Made by a program: the position numbers and the translations under genes | Notes under the pieces: generated by a model | Told to the model about the DNA's origin: nothing | Database searches by the model: none | The model's input: only the letters and a program-made list of their open reading frames with translations | Assembly: GCF_009914755.1 (NCBI RefSeq) | Contig: NC_060934.1 | Length of the DNA stretch: 64,000 nt | From: the human T2T-CHM13v2.0 reference genome, Homo sapiens | Strand: one strand, 5' to 3' | Part shown: in pieces, positions 30,685-46,620 of the stretch | How the letters are laid out: every line of letters begins with the position of its first letter | Numbering within the stretch: position 1 is the first letter of the stretch

Positions 30685-31489
30685 TAGATGCCTCTTCTTC
30701 CAGGAAAGCTGCTAGACATATGTTCATTATGCCTCTTCCATCTGTCCTTCATTATATTCTGTTACTTGTGTTCCTGTTAACATTATGAGGTTTTTTTGTT
30801 ATAGTATTTGCTGTATTTTACTGTTTGTTTTCGTGACAGGTTGCTCTCTTGCCCCCACTTATAGACACTCAATAAATTTTTTGTTGAATGAATGAGTAAA
30901 GCAAATAATTATCCAATGTTGACCCAGTTTTGATTGACCCATTTGGTTGGGAATTTACGCCATTCAATTTGTACAGAATATACATAAGCAATTCGAATAG
31001 TGTTCTTAAACACAGTCATATCCTAAAGTCTTAGGAAATTCATATTTATTAAATATTTCTTTTCATGAGCAAATAATGAGACTTGTTGATGATTTATTTT
31101 CTATCCCATATCTCTATTTTTGTCTGAATTTTTTTCCTTCTCTGGTTTTTTTTTTTCCTCTTTGACGTCTCTATTTGGATGTTGACCTTAACCATCCTCT
31201 TACCCTGACACTCATCCCCTAAACTTGATCCCCCTCTTGGCTTCTCCATTAGTGTTTTCTCTGTCACCATCTTACAAGTTATTTAGGTTTCTCTGTAGTA
31301 TCTGTAGGTCTTACTTCTACATCTGATGAGTTACTGAGTTCAACAAACGTTTTTTGGCCACTTCCTGTGTTCCCGACTTGTTAGTGTTAGTAATAAGAGG
31401 CTGAACAAGAGAAGGTCCGAGTCCACAAATGATTATGATACAATGTGATAAGTATGGTAATACAGTAATAGTGGAATATTTAGGGCACT

Positions 31490-32816
31490 ATTAGAAGATA
31501 GGAAAGAAAAACAGTGTTTTTCCTACTCTCATGTACCACTCAATGTAACACTTTTTTTTTTTTTTTTTTTTTGAGACAGTGTCTTGTTCTGTCACCCAGG
31601 CTGGCGTGCAGTGGCTTGATTATAGGTCACTGTAGCCTTAACCTCCTGGACTCAAGTGATGTGCCCTCCCGAGTAGCTGGGACTACAAGCGTGTGCCACC
31701 ATGCCCAGCTAATTTTTAAACATTTTTATGTAGAGGTGGGGTTTTGCCAAGTTGCCCAGGCTTGTCTCAAACTCCTGGCCTCTAGGATCTTCCCACCTTG
31801 GCCTCCCAAAGTGTTAGAATTACAGGCACAAGCCACTGCACCTGGCCTTTGTAACTCTTTTTTTTTTTTTTTTTTTTTTTTAGAGGCGGAGTTTTGCTAT
31901 CTTGCCTGGGCTGGTCTCAAACTCCTAGCCTCAAGTGATCCTTCTGCTTCGACCTCTCAAAGTGCTGGGATTACAAGAGTGAGCCACATAGCACTTGGCC
32001 ACACAGCACCTCTTACACTAAATGTATGGAGATTGTTTTGCTGGACACCAAGCAATTCTGACACCATAGACTCCAGTGAAGAACAGCTGGTTGCCCTATG
32101 ATTTAGTTCCAATCTAACACTGTCTACCTGTAGATAGTGTTAAATGCTGTAGGATAAGGTCTCAGTCCCACAAGATGGCGCCATCCCCCCCACCACTTCA
32201 GATGCATGCTCCAGGTTGTGACCTGTGTCTATGACCAGCCATAAATTGGGGTTCCCATGACCCCCTTCTTGGGTTCAGTTAATTTGCTAGAGCAGCTCAT
32301 AGAACTTAGGGAAACACTTCACTTATGTTTGCCCATTTATTAAACAGCATATTTTAAGAAATATAGATGAACAGCCAGATGGAAGAGATGAATAGGGTAG
32401 GTCATGGAAAGGGGCATGGAGCTTCTCTGTCCTCTCTGGGTGTACCACTCTCCAGATATCTCCACGTATTCAGCTCTCTGAACCCTGTCCTTTTGGCCTT
32501 TTGTGGAGGTTTTATTACATAGGTATGATTGATTACATCATTGGCCATTGGTGATCAACTCAGCCTTCAGTCCCCTTCCCCCCCCTGGAGGTTGGGGGAT
32601 GGGGCTGAAAAGTCCCAACCTGTACTCATGCTCTGGTCTTTCTGGTAACCAGCTTCCATCCTGAGGTTAACTAGGGCTCCCCAGCTAGCAGTCCTCATTA
32701 GCATACAAAAGACACTCATCACTCTGGAGATTCCATGGGTTTTAGGAGCTATGTGTCAGGAACCAGGGGCAGAGACCAAATGTGTATGGGATATGATATC
32801 ATATCACAGTATCACA
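31490..32816 (-). mobile_element. MER21B/C LTR interrupted by AluJ and FLAM
   Basis: ggggttcccatgacccccttcttgggttcagttaatttgctagagcagctc and ...atcacagtatcaca terminus. Confidence 0.75.
31552..32000 (-). mobile_element. AluJ (31552-31847) and FLAM (31858-32000), inside MER21
   Basis: Two poly-T-led reverse Alu units. Confidence 0.8.
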
Positions 32817-33351
32817 GGCAGCCTGGGAATAAAGAATATCTCTGTCACATATTCCTTATTTTTTACTTTGGCTACTGCCAATCTCTTTCGGGTCCTCATT
32901 ACTGTTTAGATAATTGTAAGACCTTTTAGTAGCTACTCCTGCCTTAACTCTTGTCATTCCAGTTCCTCATGTACCCTGTCATGTACCCTGTCATCCAATT
33001 TTCTCAGACATTTTGAGAAAATTGTCTTAAAAAGGGGGAAAAAAATGTTACATGCCTTTCCTTCTCCTGTTCACAGAATAAACTCCAAAAATAAAATCTA
33101 GAATTCAAAGCCCTTGACTCAGACTTCCTTTTCTTGTCTTCTGCTACATGAACCTTTCATGCAGCAAAACCTTCTACATTCTGTTCCAAACACACTTCAC
33201 ACATTCTTTTTTTTTGCGTTGTGTACTACTCATTCCCCCGCAACATTTTACTTTTGCTTCCTCTGTTCACAGAAACTGTATCTATCTGTTGACATAGTTC
33301 TTAATTGTTAAATCCACTGTGAACCTTAGACCATCATGCCCATGTTCTTGA

Positions 33352-33759
<408 letters not shown>

Positions 33760-35339
33760 TAGTTAATGATACTGCCAGTCATTCAGGTGCCCAAAGTATA
33801 AACCTGGGAGTAGTCCAGACTTCTCTTATCTCTCATTTTCCATTTGTTGTCAAGTCTTTGTGAGGTATCTCTTCTCTCTTCATTGTCTTTACTGTTTCCT
33901 TGGGCTAGGTCTAATATCTAGAGTAGACCACTATAAGAAGCCCCGTCAGTGTAAGTACTCTACCTGGTCCTGGGTATTATACAAAACAAGTATTCAGGAA
34001 ATGCATTTTGGTTATAGCCAGTAGGAACGCCAAACACAAAATATAGTTTTGAGTTGACCACCCTAGAATAGTGCTTAAACCATGGACTGATTATTCTGTA
34101 TCCATTAAAGGTCGATTTCCTAAATATCTCAATTAGATGATGTTGTTATGAAGTAATTTTTACTTTTTACAAAAAATTTACTTAAGGCTTAAGAAGATGA
34201 TGTGTTAGTATTACAGGGAAAAGGCAAGAAAAGTTGTATGGAAACGGCTCTGGCTGGGATATGTGCCAGAAAGGATCTTGTAGACATTTTATTAATGGGC
34301 TAGAAAAGAGATTAAAAGTTTGCAGGTAACGTTTGGTGCTTATTTATCCACATGACAGTAAAAGAGCAGTTAACTACAGGAAGATCTTGAGACTGGAATA
34401 GACAAAATTTGAGTATTAGTGTGTGGAATTGTAACCTAATGTATTTGACTAGTACTGTGAAGATGCTGTTTAATTGTCAGTTAATACCCAGGAGAAGCTC
34501 CTGATATCAATGTGTCATGTTCCTGGAAGATACTGGCATAATATGCTGATGCTTGAGATGTGGTAACTTAATCACTGTACCTCTGCATCATTTAATATGT
34601 TTCATAAGCACAAGCTGTTTAGTATTGAAGAATTATTTTTTGACCCCAGACATAGTCATAGAAGAGCCCTTTAGTCTCTTGAAATTTTTTTTGGTTTGCT
34701 AATAGTAGATCTTAGATAGGATTTGTCTTATTTGTGCCGTCAAAGAAAAGTCCAGATTTGCAGTATTTTCTACTTTAAAACTTAAGATTCTCTCATTCTA
34801 AATGTATTTTGCACATATTTCAAAATATCTGAATTTATATTTTGTGAATATTTTACAAAAGTATTAAAGGTTTTTTTTTTGTTAGTTTTTGCTGTTGCTT
34901 TATTTTTTTCTTTTTTAATGTTATCTTTTGAATATATGTTTCTTTATTGTTGATCTTTATTTACCTCTGATGAATTTAGGGGTTTATGAGGCTGGCATTA
35001 GATTGTCACATGGACATTACCTTGGAAAATCTATTTGAGTACTCTGTATTATAGCATTTTGAAGTTGATAGTGGGATGTATGTATCATTTTGGCTTATGT
35101 TATTCTGTCCAGAGGATTTTCCCTAGGGAAGGTGGGAAAGAAAGGAAGAATGCTTTGGAGAGAATTCCCACGGTGGACAAGTGGCATTTTGAGTCAAGGG
35201 AGTAGTGTGCACTTTGGTAAGGAGTCCTGAAAGAGCATCTTATGATTACAGATCTTGAGGTGGTTTGGTGTGGTTGGAAGGCAGGGTTTGTTGGTTAGTG
35301 GTGAGAGGGAGCAGCTGTAAAGGAATACCAAAGCCGCAA

Positions 35340-35530
35340 TTCGAAGGCTTGGGTAATTTTAGCTGCACGCACTCACTAGCTATGTGTCTATATGTGATTT
35401 CCCTAAGTTTCAATTTCCTTAAATGTGCAAAATGAGAATAATAAAAATATCTACACTGTAGGATTGTGAGGTTTAAATTAGGTAACATTTGTACCTGGCA
35501 CACAAGTACTTAATAAATATCAGCTGCTGT
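35340..35530 (+). mobile_element. MIR
   Basis: cactcactagctatgtg...aaaatgagaataata...ggattgtgagg.ttaaat...cctggcacaca. Confidence 0.65.
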
Positions 35531-36587
35531 TTTTAGGTATTTGTACTTCAGAGAGTTATTGAAGGATTTTAAAATTGAAGAGTGATATGATCGGAATTAG
35601 AATTTTGAATACTAATCTCAGGAAAAGTGTAAAAAATGGATTGAAGGGGAAGAAACTGAAGGCGGAAAATTAAGTAGGCCTGTGCTAGAATACTAGCTAG
35701 TAAGATTCTAGATTAAGAAATGAGGAGAGGACAGGACGGGTTTGAGAACTATTGCAAATTATCACGTGCATTATATTCCATGAGTTGGGGAGATCTTAAG
35801 GGAACTAGGAGAATTGACAGCAAGAATATGGACAGGATACCTAGCTGAGTAAGAAACATTGTATTTTCCTCCTCTTAATACAACTCAGAAACATACTTTA
35901 AAAGCATTTAGTATTTTGACATTTGGTACTGGGACATTTTGAATGTTACCATCTAATCATTTTGGATAAAGATACATGTCTATTTACACAGTTTTGTTTT
36001 TGGAGTACTTTATGTACATTCTTGTTGAGTACTCTTCTATTTGGCAAGTTTCGTTGTGGCATTTGAAAAACTGCCCTTTCCCAGTAAAATGATTAGATTT
36101 TAATTTGTTTACTCAGTTGAATGTTCTTACCTTACATAATTTTACTTAGATTATTTTATAATAGAGAACAAAGGTCTAGATTATGACATGTTTTCTTGTC
36201 ACTGAAGTGTTCCTTACGTTGTATTGACCAATTGAACTGTGGGTTAAATATAATGTACTTTAATTTTAAGGTGTGGTTGAGACTCAGGCCCAAGATATTT
36301 TACTTTTTATTAATCATATTTTATAAAATTATAATGATAATTATTGAAGTAAACAAGATTTTGGGATTGTGTATAAGGTCATAGGCATTTTCACTTGTTT
36401 GTCAGCAACCCCTAGAAGTTATGTCTCCTTTGCTATTGAATTAGAGTAAGACTTTCTACATACTGCTGTATCCAAGGGCAAAAAAAGTAATGTTTAGTAG
36501 AGCTGCAATCATAAGAAAGATTTTTCAGTGATATTTATTTCTTCACCCAATAGCTTTTATTAAGTGTCTTTTTATGTATTAGAATAA

Positions 36588-36902
<315 letters not shown>

Positions 36903-37268
36903 TAAAAAAAAAAAAACTAAATATTTTGTGCTGCTTGTCTTCAAGGAGGTCTCAGTCTAGTGGAGAAAGTAGAACACAGGAAAACATGATTTTAAAAATA
37001 AAATAGTGTAATAATTGCTATACCTAGGGATACCCAGCTAAACCATGGGCATATGTAGGAGGAACATCTAATCTGCAGATATCACATGATCATGCTAATT
37101 TGGTAGATTTATTGCTATATATTACATGAGAAGAGTAGATCCAGAACTGAAAGGAGTCTATCATCCAGCCATCTGTTACAGATCAGGACATAGTACATTT
37201 CAGAGAGCACATGCTACTTCATGGGAGATGGAAGATTGCAAGAAGCCTCTTGGCAATCCTCATTTCTT

Positions 37269-39029
37269 TTTTTTTATATATATATATATATATATATTTA
37301 TTTATTTGTTTATTTTATTGATCATTCTTGGGTGTTTCTCGCAGAGGGGGATTTGGCAGGGTCATAGGACAATAGTGGAGGGAAGGTCAGCAGATAAACA
37401 AGTGAACAAAGGTCTCTGGTTTTCCTAGGCAGAGGACCCTGTGGCCTTCCGCAGTGTTTGTGTCCCTGGGTACTTGAGATTAGGGAGTGGTGATGACTCT
37501 TAGCGAGCATGCTGCCTTCAAGCATCTGTTTAACAAAGCACATCTTGCACCGCCCTTAATCCATTTAACCCTGAGTGGACACAGCACATGTTTCAGAGGG
37601 CACATGGTTGCGGGTAAGGTCATAGATCAACAGCATCCCAAGGCAGAATAATTTTTCTTAGTACAGAACAAAATGAAGTCTCCCATGTCTACTTCCTTCC
37701 ACACAGACACAGCAACAATCTGATTTCTCTAACTTTTCCCCACCTTTCCCCCTTTTCTATTTGACAAAACCATCGTCATCATGGCCTGTTCTCAATGAGC
37801 TGTTGGGTACACCTCCTAGACGGGGTGGTGGCCAGGCACAGGGGCTCCTCACTTCCCAGAAGGGGCGGCCGGGCAGAGGTGCCCCCCCACCTCCCGGACG
37901 GGGCGGCTGGCCGGGGAGGGGGGGTGCTGACCCCCCACCTCCCTCCCGGACGGGTCGGCTGGCCGGGCGGGGGCTGACCCCCCACCTCCCTCCCGGACTG
38001 GGTGGCTGGCCGGGTGGGGGCTGACCCCCCACCTCCCTCCCGGACGGGGCGGCTGGCCGGGCGGGGGCTGCCTCCCACCTCCCTCGCGGACGGGGCGGCT
38101 GGCCTGGCGGGGGCTGACCCTCACCTCCCTCCCGGATGGGGTGGCTGCTGGGCGGAGACGCTCCTGACTTCCCAGACGGGCGGCTGCCGGGCGGAGGGGC
38201 TCCTCACTTCTCAGACGGGGCGGCTGCTGGGCGGAGGGGCTCCTCACTTCTCAGACGGGGCGGCTGCCGGGCGGAGGGGCTCCTTCTCAGACGGGGCGGC
38301 TGGACAGAGACGCTCCTCACCTCCCAGACGGGGTCGTGGCTGGGCAGAGGCGCTCCTCACATCCCAGACGGGGCGGCGGGGCAGAGGTGCTCCCCACATC
38401 TCAGATGATGGGTGGCCGGGCAGAGACGCTCCTCACTTCCTAGGTGGGATGGCGGCCGGGAAGAGGCACTCCTCACTTCCCAGACTGGGCAGCCGGGCAG
38501 AGGGGCTCCTTGTATCCCAAACGATGGGCGGCCAGGCAGAGACGCTCGTCACTTCCCAGATGGGGTGGCGGCCGGGCAGAGGCTGCAATCTCGGCACTTT
38601 GGGAGGCCAAGGCAGGCGGCTGGGAGGTGGAGGTTGTAGAGAGCCGAGATCACGCCACTGCACTCCAGCCTGGGCAACATTGAGCATTGAGTGAAGGAGA
38701 CTCCGTCTGCAATCCCAGCACCTCGGGAGGCCGAGGCTGGCGGATCACTCGCGGTTAGGAGCTGGAGACCCGCCCGGCCAACACAGCGAAACCCCGTCTC
38801 CACCAAAAAATACGAAAACCAGTCAGGCGTGGCGGCACGCGCCTGCAATCGCAGGCACTCGGCAGGCTGAGGCAGGAGAATCAGGCAGGGAGGTTGCAGT
38901 GAGCAGAGATGGTGGCAGCACAGTCCAGCTTCGGCTCGGCATCAGAGGGAGACCGTGGAAAGAGAGGGAGAGGGAGACCGTGGGGAGAGGAAGAGGGAGA
39001 GGGCAAGGGCGAGGGCGAGGGCGAGGGAG
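37269..39029 (-). mobile_element. Full-length SVA retrotransposon (SVA_C/D-like), antisense in intron 1
   Basis: On the minus strand: CCCTCT/CCCTCG hexamers (~38960-39029), Alu-like segment (~38580-38940), GC-rich VNTR (~37810-38580), SINE-R (~37314-37810), AATAAA and an A/TA tail. TSD AATCCTCA(T/C)TTCTT at 37255-37268 and 39030-39043. Confidence 0.95.
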
Positions 39030-39881
39030 AATCCTCACTTCTTATGCCATTTATTTATATAGAGTATGTTGTGTATGTTCCTTGTCTCCCTGATGGGGCC
39101 ACTACTCTGTGTAATGGATGAGACATGATGGAGTAGGTTGAGGAGGGAGATACATATGAGGTGAGTTTAAAGAAATTTGAATTATTTGGCATGAATAAGA
39201 GAAATCTGGGACTGTCTTAAAAAAAGTTTTGGGTTTTTTTGGTAATAATTTTATACTCAGAGAAATGTTGCAAGACCAAGATTAGTACAAAAAATATCTA
39301 AATACTCTTTATCCAGATTTACTTGTTAATGTTTTTTGCCATTTTCTTACCATTTGCTCTCTTTCATATATATGTATATATGAATAGGTATATATATGTT
39401 TATATGCATATTATGGCCCTTTATCTCCTAAATACTTCAACATGTATTTCCCAGTCATAGGGATTTAAAAAAAAATTGTACAGTATGGACTTCACTAAAT
39501 TTAACATTGACGCAATAGTTTAATCTACCATTTGTATTCCAATTTTTTTTTCAATTGGCCCAGTCACCTTTATAGTATTTCTCCTTCCACAGACTGCTTT
39601 TTAAAGAGCAAAGAATGAGTCATGAGTAATTTTTAGTAGAAACTTTCTATTAAGGGCCTAAACACAATCATGGTGACTTAAAGTTGGATTCCTGTTTTGA
39701 TCCACATCCATGCCTCCCACAAACCTTCCTGTCGCAGAAAATGACAGCACAATCCCATTAATTGTTCAAGCCAGAAACCTGAAGCTTATTTGGTTTCTCT
39801 TTTAACTTTATCCTTTGAGTTTAACCCATCACTGAGTCCTGTAGTTTCTCTCTCCCCTATATATCTTGAAACCCATCTATT

Positions 39882-40190
39882 GGCTGGGTGCAGTGGTTCA
39901 CGCCTATAATCCCAGCACTTGGGGAGGCAGGAGGGTCACTTGAGCTCCGGAGTTCGAGACCAGCCTGGGCAACATACTGAGACCACACTCCCCCGCCCAC
40001 CCCCGTCTACAAAAATTAAAAAGTTAGCTGGGTGTGGTGGCATGTGCCTGTAGTCCCAGCTACTAGGGAGGCTGAGATGAGAGGACTGCTTGAGCCCAGG
40101 AAGTCGAGGCTGCAGCGAACTGTGATCACCCCACTGTACTCCAGAGTGGGACGACAGAGAGAGACCTTGTTTCAAAAAGAAAGAAAGAAA
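39882..40190 (+). mobile_element. AluJ
   Basis: Dimeric Alu. Confidence 0.85.
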
Positions 40191-40362
40191 CTTGTTTGTA
40201 CCTTTCTATCCATCTACTTCAACCAGCCTAGTCTATCATTATTTCTCATCTGGACTCCTACCGACTTTCCTACCTGATTTTTTCCTGCTTCTACATTTTC
40301 TTCTTTCCTATTCATTCTCCACATAACAGCCAGAATGATCTTTTAGAAATGTAAATCAGATC

Positions 40363-40691
<329 letters not shown>

Positions 40692-41029
40692 TTATACATT
40701 AAGTGGCTTTCCACTGCGCCAGAGCACTCTCTGCATAGCTTAACTCTTCTTTAGTCCACAACTTTAAAATATTCTCCCTCTGAGAGGCCTTACTTGATGC
40801 CCAGTTTGTTATTTTTCCTAAAGCATTTCGTTTTCCTTTATAGCACTTATGATTTGTAATTATTTAATTGTTTTTTTTTCTTTTTCTCTATTTCCTACAC
40901 TAGGTTGTAAGTGCAAAATGCATAGGGACCAGGTCTGTTCTGTGCATTTTTGTATACCTAGCACATTGCTAGGATTATACTAGCTAGGTGATTAATAAAT
41001 ATTTGAATATTTGAGTGAAAGGAAACCTG

Positions 41030-41250
41030 AGAGGTTATCTAATCTTACCTCCCACCAATTTAAGAGTCTGCACTATCTCTGTCAAGTGCTTATCTAGCTT
41101 ATTTTTTAATGCTTTCACAGATGGACAGCTTAGTGTTTTATGTAGTTTACTTTGTTGAATAATTTTGATAGTTTGAAAAGTTTTAGTTTTTGGGCTGAAA
41201 ACTGCCCTTTTCTTATTTCTATTCATTGATCCTAGTTCTGCCCGTTTGTC
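41030..41250 (-). mobile_element. L3/CR1-like fragment
   Basis: Resembles L3 (gaaaagttt...gctgaaaactgcc...cattgatcctagttctgccc). Confidence 0.4.
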
Positions 41251-41665
41251 ACAACTTAAACTATTTTGACCCTACATATAGTATCTTAAACTATTTGACA
41301 GCAACCGTTATGTGTGCTCTTGGCTTTGTTAGGCTAAACCATTTATAAGCGCTTCAGCTTTTCATCATGTGACATGTTTCTTTACCCTTACCTCCTTTGT
41401 ATCCCTTTTGCCAGGGTAGCTCTAAAAGTGGTTAATGAAGGATAAAGATATTTATAATCTTTGGTCCAGTCATCTGTGATTAAATGATTTATAGCACATT
41501 AATTCAATGTAATATATTGTAGCCCTTAAAATAACAAATATAACTGTAGAACTGTGGGATATATTTATAAAACAATGATATTTTAAAAGTAGAACATTAA
41601 ATTGTACCTAGATAGTTCATATAGCTGACTCTGTGTGTGTAGATGAAATTTAGAAGGGTACATGA

Positions 41666-42160
<495 letters not shown>

Positions 42161-42509
42161 CAGAAGTTTTAAAATATAGAGTATTTTATAATTAGTTTAA
42201 TAAGAAAGGAGAAAATATAATGCTTGGAAAAGTCATTCCAACTAGAATTAAGTGAGATTTCAGTAGTCTGCATTAAGACTGTATTTCTTTTAATGTAGTT
42301 AAAGAATGCTTATTTTGTGGCCTTACCACATTATAATAATAGCCACATTTGGCTAGTGGCTACTGTATTGACAGGGCAGATATATGTATTGGGTAAGGGC
42401 AGGTGGAGAACATTTCTTTTGGTACAGTGTTCTATGGATAGTGCCAGAATAAGAGATTGTGTGGGATGGATCACTCATGAGAGCAAGATAGGCAAAATGG
42501 TGACTTGTA

Positions 42510-42813
42510 GGCTGGCCGCGGTGGCTCACGCCTGTAATCCCAGCACTTTGGGAGGCCGAGGCAGGCGGATCACGAGGTCAGGAGATCGAGACCATCCTGG
42601 CCAACATGGTGAAACCCTGTCTCTACTAAAAATATAAAAAAAAAATTAGCTGGGTGTGGTGGCACACGCCTATAGTCCCAGGTACTCGGGAGGCTGAGGC
42701 AGGAGAATTGCTTGAACTCAGGAGGCGGAGGTTGCAGTGAGCCAAGATTGCGTCACTGCACTCCAGCCTGGCGACAGAGGAAGACTCTGTCTCAAAAAAA
42801 AACAAAAACAAAA
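42510..42813 (+). mobile_element. AluSc
   Basis: gatcacgaggtcaggagatcgagaccatcctggcc; gcctggcgacag. Confidence 0.85.
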
Positions 42814-43149
42814 TAGGTGATTTGTGTCCATACAATCCTTCTGAGGCTCAATCTTGAAGGTAGAGGAGCCAAGGTGAGGTGTGGGAACAGGGCCACAAGA
42901 CATAGTTCATGGCACTGGCCATTAGGTGGCAGTGTCTCCTCAGGCCTGCTAGTTATTGGAGAAGCTCTTGGGGAGTAGGAAGAATGACGGGGGTGGGGAG
43001 CAGTCTTCTCGGTGAGTGGGCAAGGTTTCTGTATATATAAAAGTTTGTTGGTAGTATCTTTATATTTCAAAGAGTACCTATCACCACCACCACCACTGCC
43101 GCCGCCACCACCTCCTCTTACCATATTAAGTGCCACTGACAGGTTCAGT

Positions 43150-43655
<506 letters not shown>

Positions 43656-44329
43656 AAGGGCCCTGACAGTCATGTTCTCCTCTTTTGTTTTCAGCAGGGA
43701 CGGTTAAGCCTTTCCACCCTCTGGTTGCATAGGAAGGACAGTTTCTTGCCTCGGTCATGGAGATCCTGTATAGCCTGTCTTCCATGGGTGTTCCTGTCTC
43801 TTGAGATAGCAGCCCGAGCCAGCCCCAGGACATTATTCATTTGTATATACTAACATCTGTTATATGCCAGGCTCTGTGCTAGATGCTGAGTATTAAAAAA
43901 ACGAGTCTTTAATTAGGCTATTGAGTATATGTTGTAGATATTTTCATTATGCTTATGTTTTTGAAATTACTTGTATTGCTCAAGTTCTGTATGCTTTTGT
44001 TGGTTGAGTTTGCTCATAACGTTTAGTAAGACCGAGTCCCTACTTCCTGCAGCCCCATTCAGCTGCAGGTGTGATTTCCACACCCTTCAGGTTTAGCCAA
44101 TCCTGACTTAGGTGGGTGAATGGGGCCTGCAATTAGCATGGCTACCACAGGCACAATGTTTACCATTCCCATCAAGCTGCCACTTTCTTCTGGACTTAGC
44201 TGTAAATCAGAACTTCTGCCTTCTTTTCCCCTTTAGCATTTTCAGTCTCCTAATGGGACTGGAAGCCCATGTTGATCTCATGGTGGGATCTTGTTCCAAA
44301 TATTGTCCCCACTATTTTCTTTATTTTTA

Positions 44330-44715
<386 letters not shown>

Positions 44716-44769
44716 GATTACGTCTATGTTGTCTCAAGTTACTTTTTTTTTTTTTAAATAGGGTTTGTT

Positions 44770-46180
44770 TGAAAGAATAGAGTATGTTTCCTGACTGTTT
44801 ATCTCTTTATTCTTGAACCTGCTGTAGTCAGGTTTCTGTCCTCATCTTGTCTCCTGAAACTGCTTTGGCAAAGGTGACCAAATTTGTAAACTACTAAGCC
44901 CAATTATTCTTTTTGGTTCTTAGTTTACTTATATGTGGAATTTGACACTACTGCTTGTTATCTTCAAAGTTTCTTGCAAATTACTTTTTTATTTCTCTTC
45001 TTTACTCTTGGATCATACGTTCTCTGTGCCACCCCCCGCCCCCCGCCCCGCTTCCCCCTCATCCATTTTTTAAGTGTTGGTGATACCAGGACTGTGCCTT
45101 TCTCTCCTTGTTGTACATCTTCTCCAGGTGACCTCACTTGTTTTTGGTGGGAAATTTGACCATCGTTCCTGTACTGATAATTCCCAAATCATCATCTTCC
45201 TTTCAGATTTTGCCCTTGCATTTCAGACTCCTTTGACCGGTAAACACCCTCGCGTATGCTCTCTAGATATGCACCTCAAAGTTAGCTTGATGTGCTAAGT
45301 TTGTGATGTTTTTCCCCAGACATAATGTTTGCCCTCAATCAAAGGCAAACATTATGCCTGGGGAAAAACATCATGTCCAGTCAGACAAGCCCAGAATTTT
45401 GAGCTCTTTCCTCTTATCTCCCACATCTAATCAATCACTCATCCATTTATTTGCTAAATATTATGTTCTCATTTTGTGCCCATTATTGTGACAAAAATTC
45501 TTTAGATTTAATATTGCTGATATCTTTTGTACCTTTTTGCTACAATCTTTGTTGTCTTTCTCATGTTGTAACTAACCTCTTAACCCATCTCCCCTTCTTA
45601 ACCCATCTCCTGCGTACTTAAATCAAAGTGACTTTTCAAAATTCAGGTCAGATCTTTTTTTTTAATGGTTTAAAACCCTTTAGTTTCCTAATTGCCCATA
45701 GTAAAGTCCAGACTTCTTAGTATGGCACATAAGCCACTCTGTAGGCTGTATTTTTCCACTATTCTTCCTTTCTTCTTATGCATTTCTGAAACCCTGTTCA
45801 CTACCATTGTTCAGCCAACAACAGTTTTCTGAATGTGTCATGCTGATTCTATGTTTTTGTTTATGCTCTTAGGCTGTATTGTTTTTTCACATTCAGTGTC
45901 TTTATTTCTATTTACCATTTATCTTTTGAAACTCAGCTCAAGCATTGCCTCCTCTACGAAGCCATTTATGTTATCCCTCTCTCCCAGTTAAGCACTTTCT
46001 TTTTTGTTCCCCCATGTGCTACCCCATATACTCTGCTCTAGCAGTTATAGTACTTCATTCCCCTTCTCTTGTCTACATGTCTTTTCCCTTATATTGGAAG
46101 GTCTTATTTTATCCACAACCTCTATCTTAGAGCCTGATTCATAATAGGCTTTCAATAAATGTTTAATAACTAAATGAATG
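44770..46180 (+). mobile_element. L2 element
   Basis: gaaactgctttggcaaaggtgacca; cccacatctaatcaatca; cttcaataaatgtt..taaatgaatg 3' end. Confidence 0.65.
45304..45373. repeat. Near-perfect inverted repeat (30-bp arms, 10-nt loop)
   Basis: TGATGTTTTTCCCCAGACATAATGTTTGCC (45304-45333) against GGCAAACATTATGCCTGGGGAAAAACATCA (45344-45373); 29/30 paired. Confidence 0.95.
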
Positions 46181-46293
46181 TATTTTAAGTCATTGGTGTA
46201 ATGAAAGCATTTCTTCCTTTACCAGATCATAAGCTGCTTATGGCAAGTACTGTATGTACCTTCTTTATTTTTCAGGATCTTGTCTTATAGTTA

Positions 46294-46620
<327 letters not shown>

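Noticed and set aside
37757-39121. Many overlapping ORFs up to 230 aa
   Set aside because: Products of the SVA VNTR and Alu-like GC-rich repeats
43660-43700. Good branch point, polypyrimidine tract and CAGCAG acceptor
   Set aside because: No strong donor within normal exon distance; likely chance
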